Shown here one piece after another: positions 62,499-64,000 of a stretch of DNA of 64,000 bases (its first letter is position 1; every line of letters begins with the position of its first letter). The notes under the pieces were generated by a model, which made no database searches, was not told the origin of the DNA, and was given only the letters and a program-made list of their open reading frames with translations. The stretch spans positions 2,784,001-2,848,000 of the forward strand of contig OY760142.1 in NCBI GenBank assembly GCA_963663225.1, given 5' to 3'. Made by a program: the position numbers and the translations under genes. The DNA comes from Nitrospirota bacterium. Its GTDB lineage: Bacteria > Nitrospirota > UBA9217.

Positions 62499-63938
62499 CT
62501 ATAATTTGAAACCAAGTTTGCCCGGGTTCATGATATTGTTCGGATCCAGCTGCTTTTTGATGCCTTCCAATACTTCGAAACCACAGCCATACTGACGACG
62601 CATAAATGGTCCCAATTTCAGGCCAATGCCGTGATGTTCATTGACAACGCCGCCATGCTTCAGAGCCGCGTTGATGCCGGTGCTCCATATGTTATAGTAA
62701 AGACGTGCAGCTTCATGAGCATCAGCCGGAGGCTCATCAATGAAAAAACGTGCATAAACCATTGCCCCCCATGCGTACCAGTGGGAGAAATGGCCGGTAA
62801 ATCGAGCATTCCATTTGGCATATTTGCCTTCGATTTCTTCCTTCATGTGATAGTAAAGCGGTAAAATTTCCTTGAAAGTCGTTACGCTGTCCATCGTGCC
62901 GAATGCGCTGGGGAGATGAGGAGTTAAGGGCGGATAGTAGAAGTCATACCGATGATCCCACCAATGCTGACCGGGTTCTTCTCCTAAATCTTTTGCACCT
63001 AGATTTTGGCAAATTTTTAACGTCTCCTTTTTCTCAGACTCCAGCATATCGCCTCTCCGGCCCTCGAATCCCAGTATAAGGACGTTGCCCGCAAGTTTCA
63101 TGCCCAGCACTCTGTTGACAAAAGATTTGGTTGAGGGATCATCATACAGGCGAATAACCGCAGGTCTTAATCCTGCCAGCATAATTTGACGTCCGGCGTC
63201 CATGCCGCTTTCCAAATTATCAAACAAGAGGCACCGAAAAGACCGTTCTGTCGGTTTGTCTATGATCTTTACCCGCGCTTTCGTGATAACTCCCAGGGTG
63301 CCTTCGGAACCGATAAACAGCTGTGTCGTTTCCGGTCCGGTGGCGTTTCGAGGCACCGGTATGCTTTCGAAAATCGTCCCCGAGGGCAGAACGACTTCCA
63401 ATCCCAGCACAAGGTCTTCGATCTTTCCATACTTCGTCGACATTACGCCTGAACCTCGTGCCGCGATGCATCCGCCTACCGAGGCGCTGTACATGGAAGC
63501 AGGATAGTGCGGGAAGGAAAGCTCCTGCTTGTTGAGTGCCCGTTCGAAATTGACGAGAAGCGCACCCGCCTCTACGGTCGCCACCTGCGATTGTTCGTCA
63601 ATGTCAAGGATTATATTCATGCGCTTGAGGTCAATTATGATCCCGCCGCAAATCGCCAGACCGCCACCCTGCGTTCCGGAACCACCCGCGATTGGAATTA
63701 CCGGCACCCGATATTCCGTGGCTAACTGTATGATGTCAGAAATCTGTGCGGCGCTGTTGGGTCGCACAATCAGGTCCGGCATGCTCGGCTGTTTGGCCCT
63801 GTCTAGCCACATGGCGGGAACCCAGGAGACATCTGTTGAATAAGCCACGCGATCGGCCTGCTTATCTGTTATGTTATCGTCGCCGACAATTTCTCCCAAT
63901 CTGGCGTACAGCATGTCATATACGTAACTGTTGAACAC
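62499..63938 (-). CDS. FAD-linked oxidoreductase, alkyl-DHAP synthase (AGPS)/YgcU-like
   Basis: HYPASMYSASVGG..AARGSG..STKYGKIEDLV, GSEGTLGVIT, HFSHWY..GA..Y..F, HHGIG, DPNNIMNPGK. Confidence 0.85.
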   Translation of the reverse strand: MFNSYVYDMLYARLGEIVGDDNITDKQADRVAYSTDVSWVPAMWLDRAKQPSMPDLIVRPNSAAQISDIIQLATEYRVPVIPIAGGSGTQGGGLAICGGIIIDLKRMNIILDIDEQSQVATVEAGALLVNFERALNKQELSFPHYPASMYSASVGGCIAARGSGVMSTKYGKIEDLVLGLEVVLPSGTIFESIPVPRNATGPETTQLFIGSEGTLGVITKARVKIIDKPTERSFRCLLFDNLESGMDAGRQIMLAGLRPAVIRLYDDPSTKSFVNRVLGMKLAGNVLILGFEGRRGDMLESEKKETLKICQNLGAKDLGEEPGQHWWDHRYDFYYPPLTPHLPSAFGTMDSVTTFKEILPLYYHMKEEIEGKYAKWNARFTGHFSHWYAWGAMVYARFFIDEPPADAHEAARLYYNIWSTGINAALKHGGVVNEHHGIGLKLGPFMRRQYGCGFEVLEGIKKQLDPNNIMNPGKLGFKL

Positions 63939-64000
63939 GAATCATCCCTCCCAGGAGTGTAGTAATGACAAATAAAAATTAACCAGTAGAATAGTTCGCT

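Noticed and set aside
61347-63938. Selenocysteine or stop-codon readthrough in the Fe-S and FAD oxidoreductases
   Set aside because: Both ORFs are full length with complete motifs and no in-frame TGA interruptions.

Overview
Chromosomal window from an LPS-producing diderm bacterium. Gene order (dprA-DUF494-topA-xerC-hslVU-argB; tig-clpPX-engB) suggests Nitrospirota or Desulfobacterota; this is an inference. Layout: (1) 1-8.9 kb: accessory module with a MalT-type STAND/TPR/BTAD regulator, an 11-bp-phased TGTAAG repeat promoter, a 65-aa microprotein, a lone receiver protein and three lipoproteins, two of them double beta-propellers. (2) 9-10.8 kb: seven tRNAs and a decayed att-like copy of the tRNA-Lys 3' half enclosing a BON gene. 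(3) 10.9-30 kb: housekeeping protease, topology and recombination genes. (4) 30-31 kb: a strong dif (XerCD) site candidate where gene orientation converges, flanked by a decayed element (caspase-like C-terminal fragment, frameshifted orphan gene, hairpins). (5) 31-46.7 kb: Kdo, lipid A, rhamnose and heptose envelope genes. (6) After tRNA-Leu(TAA): an accessory catabolic region with a sigma54/PrpR-type-controlled hybrid tartrate locus and an uncharacterised operon (alkyl-DHAP-synthase-like flavoprotein, Fe-S/CCG protein, FGGY kinase, MFS, Fe-ADH, cupin). No CRISPR array, integrase island or rRNA was seen. All calls come from reading motifs by eye; no database searches were run.
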